A DNA stretch of 60,047 nt, filler included, from Sluysia triapertura (lineage: Eukaryota), in assembly GCA_046118255.1 (NCBI GenBank). It is 3 parts of 3 records of this genome, joined end to end, with 100 filler letters (N's around TTAATTAATTAA, not from the genome) between each part and the next. Parts side by side here need not be neighbours in the genome. Positions count along the whole stretch, not along the records: positions 1 to 30,762 come from JBJNIA010230676.1; 2 more parts are not named here. One strand, 5' to 3'. The position numbers and the translations under genes were made by a program. The notes below the pieces were generated by a model that did no database searches, was not told the origin of the DNA, and saw only the letters and a program-made list of their open reading frames with translations. Below are positions 14,830 through 29,695 of the stretch, one piece after another. How positions within the stretch are numbered: position 1 is the first letter of the stretch; every line of letters starts with the position of its first letter.

Positions 14830-15210
14830 TGAATTCAAAGATCAAGAAAGTAAATGGCAAGTATCGAATTTTTCAAGATGCTTGAAGGTTTGATTATTTG
14901 TTTATCGAGCAAAATGAAAAGCCAACATGTCTTATTTGCCTTGAAAATGTTGCTGTTAATAAAATGGCAAATATCAGACGCCATTACATGACCCATCATT
15001 TTGAAAATTTTAAAACAATTACTGGAGAATCAAGGAGATATGAAGTTAAGTAGCTTAAATCAAAGTTTGAAAAGCATACATCATTTTTTACGAAGAAGAG
15101 AAGTCAATTTTAAGCTAGGAAGTGTCAAGACTTATCGCTGATAAGATATAACCGTTGACGGATGGTGAATTTGTTAAACAATGTTTAATGACGGTGGTGG
15201 CTGAACTTGA
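14830..15210 (+). mobile_element. hAT (Buster/SPIN/GTF2IRD2-like) transposase remnant
   Basis: FIEQNEKPTCLICLENVAVNKMANIRRHYMTHH (BED-type zinc finger) and PLTDGEFVKQCLMTVV. Internal stops. Confidence 0.8.
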
Positions 15211-16659
15211 TTGAATGAAAGGTAGTAAATGATAATTTATATTGAAACTTAAGCGTAACATTACTTTATAAATTACTATATCTAATTTATGTAATTTTTA
15301 TATCAAAATAAGAAAATAGTTATTATTATAGTTATAATTATTTATTTCTTAGTAAAGTTTTACTATTAACATTATTATTTATATAATAATTATTATTATT
15401 AAAGTAATTATCATATTATTATTTTAAACAAAGGTATTATAATAGTTATGTAAAAGTTATCAAAGTTTTGTGTCTAATAGTTAAGTGATTCGCATGTTTA
15501 AAGGTCAATTGAATTGATAAAAATATTTACAGTTCTGTAATTTAATTTGTGATTTATTTTAAAAAGTTATTATAAAATGTCCAAGTGACAATTATTTAGA
15601 GTGAAATATTTTAATAAATAAAAATTCTATTCAAATTCAAACGAATTCTAAACGAGTGATTTATAATTAAGAAACAATATTTTATTTTTCGAGTTTCTAA
15701 ATTAAACGTTAGTTTTTTGGTTAACTAAGAAATAATTTTAAAAGACCATATTTAAAATTTTACTTAATGTTTATTGTTAGAATTTTTGTTCAGTAATATT
15801 TAATTACAAATTTAACTTATTTATAATCAAAATTGAGTTAGATATTATTATGACAATAATATTGTTAATATTCTTATAATTTCGAATAGTATACCTGACG
15901 ATTTATACATAATTTTTGAAAAAGACATTATTATAGTAGCATTGTTGATTTTTTATAGTTTTGTTGTAAACCTTTAATTATTGTATTATTAATTTATTTC
16001 GTTAATTTTAATTTTTTGACTTTACATTTTGATTATAGTTAAACTGTTATAACTATAAAAATTAAAATTGAGCCCAAATTTGTAAATAAATATAAATAGG
16101 TGGATAAATTTCAGCTATTAAAACAATTATCTAAACAATTTACTATTATTTTCATTTTTATCTTTAATGTGATTCGAGAGGATAAACTTAAATCGTAAGT
16201 TTCTTAAAAGATTAATTTATCCCTGTATTCTTATACACGCGTAAATAGACAAATTTTATAGTATAACCTTATACTAATAATAACGATTGAATAATTTGAT
16301 AATAAACTAAAATCTATCTCGTAGATCCTTATACATTGGATCAGACACAAACTATATTATTTATTTAAATCTTACTAAAGTTGTGAAAATTCATTATTGA
16401 ATCTTTATTTTACTGACCTCCAAAAGTGCTACCATAATCTTACGCTGTCATCTATGAATTGGCCCTTAAGTGTATATGCCCAATATCATAAAGGACTCAC
16501 ATAAACACATTAATATATGTAAAGTTAAATGTAATGCCTAACTTCTCACAATGCCCTAAAATTATTAATTAATTAATTAATTGCCTTATTATTTATTTAT
16601 AAAACTGTTAAACTTTAGCTGTATTTTGTAAAATTCATTTGTCTATGCAAGCTTAAAAT

Positions 16660-16895
16660 CCAGGATGAAGTCCCAAACTTATATAAAAATTAAATATCAA
16701 AAACGGCAAATGTAATTTTTTCTTTTGTGTCATTTTATGTGTTATCTTTGCTACTATTCATTTCCTTCTATGTCGTGCTTGTATTGAAGTTCAAGATGGA
16801 CATTTGAACGTATGTAAATACTAAATATACCTTTTAAATTTGTCGTTTTTGATATCTAATTTTTATTTGAGTTCGGTTACTTTTGGCATGCCAGA
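16660..16895. mobile_element. MITE derived from the Tc1/mariner family at 36407-37141
   Basis: Inverted subterminal blocks (AAAAATTAAATATCAAAAACGGCAAA / TTTGTCGTTTTTGATATCTAATTTTT) and TTCGGTTACTTTTGG are shared with the ends of the 36407-37141 element. Confidence 0.6.
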
Positions 16896-17811
16896 TATTT
16901 GATTAATTTTTAAATTAATATAAAATATATCTATTAAACTTTCTTTATTCGTACTTTTGGTTTTATTGAATAATGGATCGCTCGTTTTCTTATTTTTTGA
17001 TAGTACAAACTGTCATTAATTGAATTTGAATAGTAACGAATATACGCATAAACATATTTTGACCATGTAATGAAATATAATATAAAATACATAAAGACCA
17101 CAATTTGCAATCCTTATTCTGGTTAATCATTAAAAATACAAATCACGGTGCACTCCATTTATATATTTGAGTATAAATGAACCAATCACAATGTTCATTA
17201 TGGCAATAACGAGAGCGTTGATTATTCATCATCGACATATTGAATTAGATAAATATTGATGCAATCGATGAGAAAAAATAAATAAATTTCATTTAAAAGT
17301 AAATATTTAAACAAATTTTAATGATATGCAATAAAAAAATGGGAAAAAATTAATTCCATCATTATATTTTTCTTTCACATATGCATCTTGTTTTTCTTTT
17401 TCTTGCATTGCCAGTAGCGATGAACACGTGATGTTTGTACAACTAGCATCATTAGTAATACAGTGCTGAGTAGACAAATATATGAAGGTTGACTCCACGA
17501 CACTGTTCTGTGGAAAATATTTATATTTATAAATGTGGAAATAGCAAAAGGGATGTTAAAATCGCTGTGCTATGAGTAAAACAATAATTTTATTGCGACA
17601 GTTTGCACGAATTCAAATAATATCTGAAAGTAATTATGGAGAACATCATTAAATAAATAGAAAATGTATTTGATATCTACTCAGATTTCATTACCAATAA
17701 TCAAAAAAGCAGATCAAATTCAGTAAATGCGAAATAATTAAGAAATTAGAGAATACATCCTTGACTACGCGAAGAAAGGATGAGTGATGATTTTATTAAA
17801 CAGCGTTTTTA

Positions 17812-18090
17812 ATAATAATAAGACTCAAAAGTGCTTAAAATAAATTATTCACTATAATATTTCTGAAACAGAAACAACTTTGCCTTTTTTTAAATATTTC
17901 ATAATCTTCCAGTAATTTGACATTCTCTGGTTGTATATTTTTGAAACATAAACGGTAGACAACCTATCATCTAGCTCTTATTATCACTGTGAATTCTGTA
18001 TAGATTATTATTATTATTTTGTCTCAATGAAATATTCATCTTGGTTTCCAATTTTTTATTATTTCTAAAAGATATTCAGGACTTCTGTAA
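17812..18090 (-). mobile_element. L2 LINE 3' fragment
   Basis: Matches the reverse complement of 1-110 and the copy at about 38220-38470. Confidence 0.75.
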
Positions 18091-18652
18091 TGTAAATACA
18101 AGAAATGTAACATTTTTCTATTTTTGGTCTTAAATACACAGAAAGTGTGTATAACAGAAAGAAATTTATACAAAAGTCGAGTGGTACTGGGAAATCGGTA
18201 AGAAATAATACGGGATCGAATTTTTCTGACGGTAATTTATCGGGTATAAAATTTTCGGTACCTTGCAAATCCTAGTTGAAATAGAAATAAAAAATAAAAT
18301 GAGAATTATATTATAATTATATTACGTTTATAATTAATATAGAATCAATTAATATTGTATAAAATTAGAGAAAAAGCCGACGAAAAAGAAAATTACCAAA
18401 TGATTAAGTTTGTGGACAATTTCGATTATTGCTGAAAATAATTCTCGGAATTAATTTTGAATAAGATTCTGACATCGTTTGCATCGTTTGTGCTTTGTGG
18501 AATTAAATTAAATCAAAAATTATAATTAAAATAAGTAATAAAATATATATTAAATTATTTTGTTATTCATTTTTATTTAACATTATTAACAATAACAATA
18601 TTGAATTAGTCTCAAATCTCGATACATTTTTAATAACTACTAAAGGTTATAA

Positions 18653-18690
<38 letters not shown>

Positions 18691-21192
18691 CATTATTATT
18701 ATTATTATTATTATTACTAATATTATTATTTAGTTATTTATTTAATCTTTAATCACAATATATTCGTAATAACCACAGAATATGAAGAAATTCCCAGTTG
18801 TAGATCAATGGATCTATACTATGAGTAACAAAATACAATACTCAAAATCACAACCATAATAAAAATATCACTACAAAATTGTTGAAGACAATGCCTCAAT
18901 CACAATGTTGAAGAAGCTGTCCTATAGGAAGCATGGATAATTCTGCTACTTATGACTGAATACTTAACAAAAATGCGATCACTTATGTAATAGTCAGATA
19001 ATTGCTCGGGAATCTAAACCTTGTGTAATTACTTATTCTATTGAGTCGTTTATAAGCCAATCAATTTCAATGATAATTTCCGCGAAATTTCCATCGACTT
19101 CCAATTTATCATCTCAGCATTTACCCAAAGGCGAACAATCCCCTTATCTTATTGCATAACAAAATCAAAATTTAACATTATTATCAACTTAAATTAAACA
19201 TAAAATCAATTAAATACATATTTCTTTTCCATAATAATTTTTCATACAATACGTCATATGATAACCGTCGATTTCAATAGTCTGTCTTATTTGGCATCTT
19301 ATATACTATTATTATAGATAAATATTGCAGCTTATATAAATTGATTAAAATAAGTATTTTTTACGTTATCCGCGTTGACGTATTTGGTAGCTGACGAATT
19401 TCAACCTTATAATTTAGTAAATATATTATTTTATCATGCACAAACATCTTACATAAAGTTATTAAATAAAAACCATTTTTAATTAAATTAATTAATAAAT
19501 GTACTTTTATATTTTCACAAATAAGACCTTTATTATTTCATTTAAATTAATGAATTTGTCTGTGTGACATTATTGAATGTTTATTGAATGTTTATTTTGC
19601 ATAACGATGTGAATTTATTTATTATGCTGTGGTTTTTCTATGAAAGTCTTACTTGTAAAATAAAATGAACTTACGGCTCCGCTTGTACTCTACGGCTTAT
19701 GGAGGTGTATATGCAAGAAGATTTAAGAACTTAAATAAGATTAAATTAAATTCACTTTCTCTGTATGCTTCATCTATGTTTAAAATTCTCTTATTGTTCT
19801 CTTATTGATTGGATGATGAGAGAGTATAAAATAAAGATTTCTAAATTTTTAACACACAATAACAAAATAACAGCAATGACAATGATGATGATAGACATGA
19901 AAATCCATGCATAGGGTAAAGTTTTAATTTTTATTTATTTATTTATTATTTTATTAAAATAACGTAAGTAATTAATCTTATTTCAATTTGAATAATTTTA
20001 ATATTGTGTAATTTTTAGTTAATTTTTTAAGCTATTTTTAAGGTAAGTTGATAAGAAACTCCCTATGCAATTTTTGTTTAAAACTATTTTTAAGATAATT
20101 AAGTGAGAAACATTTCACGTAATTTTTGTTGAGTATTATATTTAAATATTATATTTGATTTTCAACTATTTTTAAGGTGAACTGAATAGAAACACTTTAT
20201 GCAATTTATTATATCAAAGTATTGAGTATTTTACCTTCATACATAATTGTTAAGTTTTTAATAGAAAGGTATTATTATCAAGGAATTTCATTATAATCGT
20301 CATCATTCTTTGTTACGTTAACCAAAAGTATTTAAATAACAAATTTACTATTAATTTTATAGACCTCGATATTGTTAGTGTCTGTTACGTCACTCCTGGT
20401 TGTTTTGTAATATCTTACTATAAACAATATTGTTGTTTTTGTCATATTGATTCTTTTTAGTTTTATTTAGTGAAATAATAACAAATTTTATTTGATTTTT
20501 ATTTAATAGTACACTATTGTCTTAGTTTTGATTTTGATTGTCAAGAACGTAAATTTGTAATAATAGTTATTGATATTATAAAAAAGGATTACTGCAATAA
20601 TATATTTGATATACTGACTATTTAAATTATTAAGGTTGCTTTAAGCTAACCAAGTTAATATTGATTCGTAATAACTAATAATTTTAAAGACGCAACAATT
20701 ATGGGATCAAGCAGATACGTTGCATTAGCAGTAATTTTAGATAAATTCAACATTATACAGTGCACGGTCCCTTCCCGTTCCCGTAAGATGCGCTGTATCA
20801 GTCCAATTTCATTGAGACTGCAGTTTGTCTCTCTCACTTACAATAATCCGTCGTAACAAGTAAATAAACAAGTGAACATATAAACAAATAAACAATGACC
20901 TTGATAAAGTTATGAAAAAGTACCCAGTTCTAAAAAGCAGAACGAGCAAAGCATTGTGTTTGATCTTATTATATAAAAAATTAAAATTATTATAAATATA
21001 AAAATAACTGTTTTATGCAGGTAGAAAAATGTTCCAGTAAAGAAGAGATAGAAATAAAATTGAAACTCGGTTTATCTGATCTAGAACGAATTGTACGGAG
21101 ATTCGGCACGCTCGACCATCAATCAAACTGGCCGTTATTATTATTATTGTTATCACAATCATAATAACTGTTATTATTATTATCTGCTCTAC

Positions 21193-21237
<45 letters not shown>

Positions 21238-21557
21238 TTTTGTTACTATAAATAGCTCCATAATAATAGATTTATAAAAATAAAACACAGAAAAATTACT
21301 CCATCTAGTAGAAAAAGTAATCCCGGGTTTTTTCGTTTATTTTGGATTTAGCTTCCAAATGTACTCTCTGGGCTTCTAATTGAAGAAAAAGAGTGTTCCG
21401 TGTATTCAAAAAGGTCTTACAAACGGAAAAACCCGGTGTGATTTGTTGATTGGGTTGTGTAGTCACAAAACTGCTTTGATAAATATTCGAAAGACGTTTT
21501 ACTTGTAATTTGTGTAAATTGGAATAATAATAATAATTAAATCTCCTATGTACACAC

Positions 21558-23914
21558 ATTACATATTGGTCAGCATGCTAGGTATGTTTCGGAGTGCGAT
21601 CACGTGTTGCCTTCTATTTTCGTCTTGCTTTGCGGATGATACATTTCCACGTAAAAACGATAAAATGAATATTCCACCAATAGAATTCATTCTGAAAAAT
21701 GTCAAAGCAGTGTTGCTAATGTCACTAGAGCCTTACTTAGCACGACTCGGTGGGATTATCGAGTGGAAACTTTGGTCGTAAGCTGGATTGTTGACATGAA
21801 AAAATGTAATTGGTGGTGAATCTTGATCGGCTCTAGAATGACTAGCAGGGATTGGTTGCGGACGACGATGAGTCAGTGTTGCATCCACATTCACATAAAC
21901 TCTGGTAGGTAATGGAGGAATTGGAGGTTTGTGATCTTGACTCAGATCGTTCCAACTGATACTGCGTTTATTGTGAAGAGAGGAATTTGTGCGTGCTGCA
22001 GTAAAACTAGAGGATCCTTGAGAAACAGTATCATCATCATTGTTGTCACGATTGCGACTGTTTCCAGTGGTCACAGTAACCACATCGAGGCCGCTACAAT
22101 TTGCAGCACATACTGGAGTATTGTGAGGTGGTCGAGTAGATTCCAGTAACATCGGGCAAGCTACATGTTCTGTATCCGGAGAATTGATGGGACTGAGAAC
22201 TTGTTGGTGAGTCATGACTTGATGACGATGATAGCACATCATGTGTTGATGAGGACACATCAAGTGTTGTTGTTGCTGTTGCTGCTGCTGCTGAGAAATA
22301 GAGACCTTGTCTTGACACGACTCAGCAGCAGTCGCACCACAGCACGGTAAAGACGCTGTCGAGCGAGAGTGAGAGGGAAATCTACCTGTACGAACATAAT
22401 AGTATATATCTTCTATTTCGTCAAATAATTTATCTAGCCGAGCCTTCTGTTCTGGATCCATGGGTACGGAATTATCGAGTTGCTTGTTGCCTGGAAGCGG
22501 AAGAAAATTTAAGTCCATCAGTCATGTATCTTATTATCACTGTAGATTCTGTATATATCTTAAAACCATAGTCTAAAATATATTCAGATCTTATTATTTC
22601 TTACATGCATTTATAAATTATTGTCATAAATTTGAATTCTATTCTTGATTTTATTGGTAGCCAATACAGACTTCTTACTTGAAGAATTAGTCATGCTGTT
22701 TCATTCATTCTACGAAACCATTGTTAAAATCAATTACTACCAATTATCAATGAATGAACAATTAATTTAGCTGTTTCTTTATTAATAATATTTTCTCTAA
22801 TTCATTTTCATAATAAAATTAATATTTTCCTCTACGCATTAATATTGCATGTTTTATTCCACACTCTTAGTTTTTAATTAATTAATTTAATTTAATTTAG
22901 TATTATTGGCTACTTTTTATTATTGAAGATTATAAATTCTGACTTTTCTTCATTGATTTTCAAATATGAACTTTCAAACAATTTTATAAATTCAGTTATT
23001 AATGCTTAAAACTTCATCATTTTTCAAGGACACTATGAAACTATTAATCAAAAGTGTATAAATACATGCCACTTACCGACAGTTGTCACGGAAAACAATG
23101 TAAAATGATGGAAAATAACTACTTTCTCCAAAAAAAATTTTGATGAAGGTAAAATAATAGATAAAAATACTGACATCCAAAACAAACAGAAATTTTATTC
23201 ATGTAGAATGTGATAATACTATTTACTACAAATCAAATATGAACAAACTGTTGTATCAGTACTTTGTTTGCCCTCCTCTGTTATCCAATAATTTTCTGAT
23301 CCTTAAAGGCGCATACCGCTGATGAGTTTGGGGCACAAGTCTTTGATCACGTCATCGTGACGCCACACTTTTATCAAGGTTCAATAAGTTCCGTCCTGGT
23401 GGTTGGTTTATGGGTAGAAACTCTCCTTTTGACAATCTCTCACAGATTTTCTATGCGATTCATGTCTGGAGATTTTCCAGGCCAGAGTATCAAATATTAA
23501 GAAAAACATATTTTCCTGTTTTAGTCTAATAATTTAATCTAAGAATAAATTGTTTAGTGCCAGAAGAATAAGATATCCAATCAGATTCCTAAAATTGTTA
23601 ATCATTTTGTCATTGTTAGTCAAAAAAGTGAATTATTATACTAACCATTGCTACCGTTAATTGTCGACTTTTGACCCAAAGAATTTTCGATGGTGGACGA
23701 CGCTCCAACACTATTTGCAGACAAAGCAGCTCGATTTGTAGTGTCGGTGAGATGTCGTAGCAAGTATCGCAGACCCTCGAACGGATGACACGATAATAGA
23801 AACTGCTCCACACGAATAGAGTGTTGTTCCAGCAGTTTTAATTGATGGGCTGAAGTTATACTGCCGATGCTGATCTCGTGTGACTCCATCATTTCAGGGG
23901 TAATGACAAAGAAT
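21558..23914 (-). CDS. 3' part of an uncharacterised adaptor-like gene (poly-Q, Pro-rich, NPxY)
   Basis: Phase-consistent exons 23914-23646, 22490-21737 and 21691-21558, with GT-AG introns (one is 45 nt). Contains LDKLFDEIEDIYYYVRTG, a Q run, KPPIPPLPTR and NPAY. The 5' exons were not found and the 3' end is uncertain. Confidence 0.7.
22530..22770 (-). mobile_element. L2 LINE ORF2 3' fragment next to a splice acceptor
   Basis: Matches 38370-38690 (HWLPIKxRIxF region on the minus strand). Confidence 0.65.
23020..23560 (-). mobile_element. Tc1-like transposon 3' remnant
   Basis: Minus strand gives WPGKSPDMNRIENL (Tc1 WPxxSPDLNPIENxW motif). Similar to the reverse complement of 42860-43330. 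Confidence 0.75.
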
Positions 23915-24186
23915 CTGAGATAGAAGATGATTAGTAGGAGTTAAATGCATTATTATTACGAATAATTACAATAATTCAGATCGCTGAAAACAAGGTTGGC
24001 GCAACGCCAGTCAATTATCACGACGAATAGATACATTCAAGCGCGAATAATTACTCATCAACACATCTTCACATTCTCATACACTTTCATACTAACCTTC
24101 TTAATGTATACACATTTGATAATCCATACATATTTCATGTCAGCATTCTTTACAAATTAATCTTTTTAACAACTGCACTTCCTATA

Positions 24187-24249
<63 letters not shown>

Positions 24250-24726
24250 CATTATAATTGTTATTGCTGTCGCTGCTTTTGAATCACTGTGTCTCAATCA
24301 AGATGTAAATGTGAAATACAAATAATTATCGATTCCGAAAATATCTACATTCTAACAACTAGCTAGAATCGAATTACATTCACAACGCATCATCATTATT
24401 ATTTTCTAATCCAACATATGAGAAACTGTCTTCCGTAAACGGTATCATTTAATCTTTTTGTCGGAAGTATTTATTTACACATTCGAAATAGCAATTTATA
24501 TATAATTGTAAAACATTGTTACTATTTTTATATCGTGTGTTTTAATAGAGAGATGCCTCTTCTGTTCAGGAATAAGTACAATTGTAGAAGATACAACATT
24601 ATCAATAGTAATATGTAAATTTATGTAACTCATTGTTATTTAGAATAACTTTTCATTTAATATTTTAATATTAATTGATGTTTTATCTTCATATTTATTA
24701 TACTTTTAATAACAATAATAATAATA

Positions 24727-24791
<65 letters not shown>

Positions 24792-25279
24792 GATATATTA
24801 GTGAAATAATATATATTACTGTAAAATAATACTTGGCCACCTAAAAAAATTAATATAATTCTAAAATAAAGCATAATATTACCAAACTTAATATATAGCA
24901 AAGCTGGTTGTAATAAATAAATAAATTTATGTTAAATTGGTGAAAGTAGATTGTGAACCAGGTAAACAGGAATTTTTGCAACTAAGAAACACAATTGTAA
25001 ATATACTATTTCATTAAAATTATTACCCAAATAAAGATAGAAATTGGTGAATAGTATTAACAGTTTAAAGATTAATATTGATCTTTGTTTTAGAAAAATG
25101 AAGTTCTATGTTAATATGATTTACTTTAAATTATTAATCTATTATTTAAATATTCAATCTATTATCAAAAATAGTATATCACTTTTATGACAGTTGTTGT
25201 TGTTGTTGTTTTTGTTTTAGTTAAATTAATTGAATAAAATTTTAAAATTTTAATAAAATGGAATTTGAAAAACATTGTT

Positions 25280-28210
25280 TTACGTCGTTTCTTTTGGTAT
25301 TATTAAATAAACGGAGTCGCAGCAGCAAATATAAAGTGGAAGAAGTGGCGTTACTAACGTGAAAATAACAATATGATGATATAAAAGGTTTAATGATGGA
25401 TATTTAAAGATTAAGGCATATATTGTCTGCAGATAATGACACTTGTGAAAGTTTATTTTGACCTTAAGTCATGTAAAATTAATAATTATTTCAATAAGGA
25501 ACTTAAATCCAGAAGTGTTTTTCTTAAATTAATTTTGCTTATTAATTTAAGAATTTTCAGTTTATATTATAATTATTTTCTTTGCTTTTGTTTATCTGAA
25601 CTTATACAGTTTTATATTAAAAGCAAAGTTCTCTTTTTAATTAAATGAAGTTTTTAATAAAAGTTACAGTAAAAAATTAATTTTATTATTTGATTTGTAA
25701 TATTATAATAAAATTAATAAAAAATTAATAAAAAAATTAATTTTATTATTTTATTTTTAATATTGGTTGCTATATAATAAATCTTTAAAATGTTGTAATG
25801 AAATTATTCATTTTCCTCTAGATAAATTGTCGTATTTAAAGGATACTGTAACAATATTGTAATTAAGTGTTTGTTATTTAGAAACAAATAACTTTAGCGA
25901 AGCAGAACTATTATTATACAAATGATATTATAAAAATGATGAATTTAAAGCAGAAGCTTCTAAAGGATTTTAAAAATTATATGATAAATTAAATAATCAT
26001 TCGGAAAATATGTTACATCCATTTCATGTAAATGCTATAAGGTTTTTGAAACTGAATTCGATACTGATATTTTATTACAATCATACCACAAAATATGGAT
26101 GACTTAAAGAGTATTTTACATCACTTCCCAATGATTTACTTTTGATGAAATTTCTTAGTTCTTAGATGATCACCAATTAAAGCTTTTAATGTTTTTTCTT
26201 TTGTGATTCAGCGACCCAAAATTTGAAGATGTTAATTACATAATTTCAGTTGGCCTTAATTCGCATGAACATACATAAAAAATTTATTAAATTAAATTTT
26301 AAGTTTATAAGTGTATTATTCAAATACTTTGAATTTATAAACTAATGAAAATAAGAATTTCTTAAGTTTTTTGATTAAAATTATTAACCTAGTTTCTTAA
26401 GCACCCCAAATGTCATTATTCTTTAATCATTATATAATTTTAATAATTGTACTAGAAAAATGCATTTTATTTCAATACTCTGAAATACTCTGCTCTATGT
26501 CTTCTAATTTCACATTTAAAATAGTTTCGTATTTAAATATTTGACGTTAATTTTAGCATTATAGTGTAAACAATGCAAGTGTTATTTTTGTATGCAAACA
26601 AATAGATATAAATGTCAGCGCTAAAACATCTGCTAATGGGAGGGGATTTTAATAATTTAGGTAGAAGGTGTGGTGTTTAACTGATGAATTGATATTTATT
26701 TTTAAAACATAATTCATTGATGATTTGATTAAATAAAGTTTTATTAAAATGTATTCATTTTAATATCAATATAAATTAGAAAAATAAAATAAACACAAAC
26801 TATAATTATATTAAAAACTTTGTGTTCTTCTCGTTTGTGAACTTCAAATATGAAGACATCACTAAAAGAATATAAAATTGAGATACAAATTACTAAAATA
26901 AGTTCTTACTTTAATTATACATACATGACTTAAGTTCCAACAGCAGGTAATTAAACACTAAATGATCAGTCTTCTATGTCAAATCTCAATCGAAAGTTGT
27001 AACAATTGAGACAACAATTTGCATATTGGTGACTAAGTAAATATAATAAACTTTAGAATTTCTAAATTATAGAATATGTGCTGCATATATAAGATTGTCG
27101 ATGAAATGAAAAATTGTCGATGCACCAATTACTAATTGTAGATTTTGATTAAATTGATCTATAAATACTATAATGAATTCCCTAGTAGAGTGATTCCAAC
27201 TATGGTTATGAACACTTGAAATACATTTACAAATGAAGTCGTTATTGATGTCATTTATTTTTTCATTACTAAAACTTTTATTTATTATTTCATTTATAAT
27301 TTTGATAGAAAACCACTCGTTAGACCAAAAGACTATGAATTCAGCATACAATGGTAATTAACAGAGCTCAATAATCGTTCGTAAAATAAATGACTTATTT
27401 AAACAGGTTTTGTTGATTTATATTGAACATTTTTATAATTCTGATTTTTATTATTTTTTAATTGATGTTTACTTCTATTTTTGTGATAGTGTGAATCATA
27501 CCCCCAGAAAATAAAATTATTAAATATGCGTTTATTAATGAAAAGTAGATTAATGTATGACTTAGATCTAATAAATATAATGATAATTTCCCATGAGTTT
27601 AGATATGGGATAGGAATTAAAATAAACCTGAAACAAAGTTAAAAAGCCAAGTACAACATAATTAATATATTAGGCGACAACTCCGTTGACAATGAAAAAT
27701 TTAATAACAAAATTTAATAATAAAAGTCAATACCAAGAACTCTTGCTTAAATGTCTTATAGAAATGAATAAGTCAAAATCATATCAGTCTTAATACTAAA
27801 GTCTTAAATTGTGCAATTAATGCGCATACCCACACAAACATTACAAAAGAATAAACTCAAAATTGTGATAACACAAAAGAAATTTTTTCTGAACTTAGTG
27901 GTGTACAAGTTATTCCAAATTTATTAATACACACAATGCATATTTTTATATGATATGCACATATTTAAAAACTTTTCGATGAAGACATGGTTTGACGGAA
28001 GCCTTAATATTGACAAAATCAAAATTTAATTAATTTTTAATTTTAGAATGTTGCCTTTTTAATATTTAGAATGATGAAAAGATCATGAATTGAATAAGAG
28101 ATTATTGCTATGAAAGTGAAGAATCTAGAAGTAAATTTGAAATGTTTATGGAACTGTCTGTTTGAAAATGAAAACCTTAGACATATTCCATTAGAAAATT
28201 GGATGTGAAA
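25280..28210 (+). pseudogene. Possible heavily decayed multi-exon gene or transposase, unidentified
   Basis: Several protein-like blocks follow TTTAG acceptors (e.g. NNFSEAELLLYK*YYKNDEFKAEASKGF*, NDEKIMN*IRDYCYESEESRSKFEMFMEL) with frequent stops. Confidence 0.2.
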
Positions 28211-29082
28211 AATTAAAAATTAATTGAATTCTAAAAACAAAAATTAAATACTTTTTTTATGATGTTGACAATGCCGATGATTGTTATTTTAATGGGAGAA
28301 ATAATTTAAGTAAAGGTAGATCGAGCAGAGTAAAATAAAATAATGGTTGATAATTATCAAAGTTATTATTGTTGGTTTAATTCTCAAAGAATGTTAGATA
28401 ATGTTTGATTGTAAAACTCAATAGTGATAGGATGATGAGAAAGTTTAAAAAGGAATATTTAAAAATTTTACAAAACAATAACAATAACAATAATAACAAA
28501 AAATGATGCAGCATCAAATAATTTCATGCTATACATAACATTTTTATTTATTTTGATAATTTGCATTGTAACTAAATTATTATATACTTTTATGGATATC
28601 TCTTTGTTAATTTATTAATCGTATTAAAATTATTTCACCTGACAAATCCCACAAGGCTGTCCTGCAACTACGTAAAACGTATTTTGTAGGCGAGCCCATT
28701 TATTCAAATCATATTTTGCATTAAGATAAGAGTAAAAAATTTAATTCAAATAAATATTTAAATGCGATTAATTCGGAGCGGCTGGGAAGATTGGGTAAAC
28801 CAGGCTTCCTTGTAAAATGACAGTTGGTGAAGGATGTTGGCTTTGCTATTGGGATCGACACTCCGTGTAATATTTAAAGGAAAAGTGACAAATTTGATAT
28901 GTTTATATTAGCATATCGTATCAGTCTAACCTGTTTAATGTGAGTGGAATCGGTCTTGTTTATAGTAATATCCATCCTGCAAATTTGGGCACATTACAAG
29001 GAATGTTTAATTATGTTGAGATTGGGGATCCAGGTAATCTTTTTTGATAGGCCGCGTTTGATTATTATAGAAATTGGGGTAG

Positions 29083-29231
29083 TGTTAGACTTCATAAAAT
29101 GGACTGACCGGGGATCAAACCCGGTACCTCTCTCCCTGCGCACTTCGATGCTCTACTCACTGAGCTATCAGCCTGTCTAACAATTTTTAGATTACTATAA
29201 TCCATTATACTACATGGTCTGTATCCCAACA
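29083..29231 (-). mobile_element. Short LTR-like repeat containing a tRNA(Cys)-like sequence, copy 1
   Basis: Minus strand TGTTGGG...TCTAACA (TG..CA ends). Inside (29173-29100): GGCTGA TAGCTCAGTGAGTAGAGC...CCGGGTTTGATCCCCGG TCAGTCCA, with A box, B box, T stem and acceptor stem. The anticodon arm is degenerate. No TSD. Confidence 0.6.
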
Positions 29232-29695
29232 ATTCGTGGAAAACAGTTAAACTGAAGCTCATTCTTCAGCAATCGGCTAAAATAAGTATTATGGGGACCT
29301 AAAAAGGGTTAGTAATTTGTTGATTTTATTTGTTATTTTTTAGTGTTGTTAATGAGGGCGTCAATGTTTATTGATTTTATTTAAGTTGTAATTTCTTAAT
29401 ATTTAGAGATTTATAACTTTGAAGTAATAATAAAATTATATATTGAAGATATTTTGGTAAAAGAATAATTGGTTTTATTTATACATTAGAGGTGTATTAT
29501 TATAAAAGAATTTTCATTGTATAATTGTGATATTTTAAAGAATGTATCGAGATTAGGAACTTGTTTAGTTATTGGATTATAGTTTGGTAATTTAAAGTAA
29601 AAGGCACAACATAACTATGATTTAGGTAATCAAATAAAAAATATTTAAAATTTTGATACTTAACATGAAAATTTAGAAAAATAACTAAAGCCTCT

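Noticed and set aside
20030-20210. CRISPR-like or functional repeat array
   Set aside because: These are degenerate ~50-bp tandem repeats without unique spacers in eukaryotic DNA. Similar local duplications occur at about 9440, 30380 and 35030.
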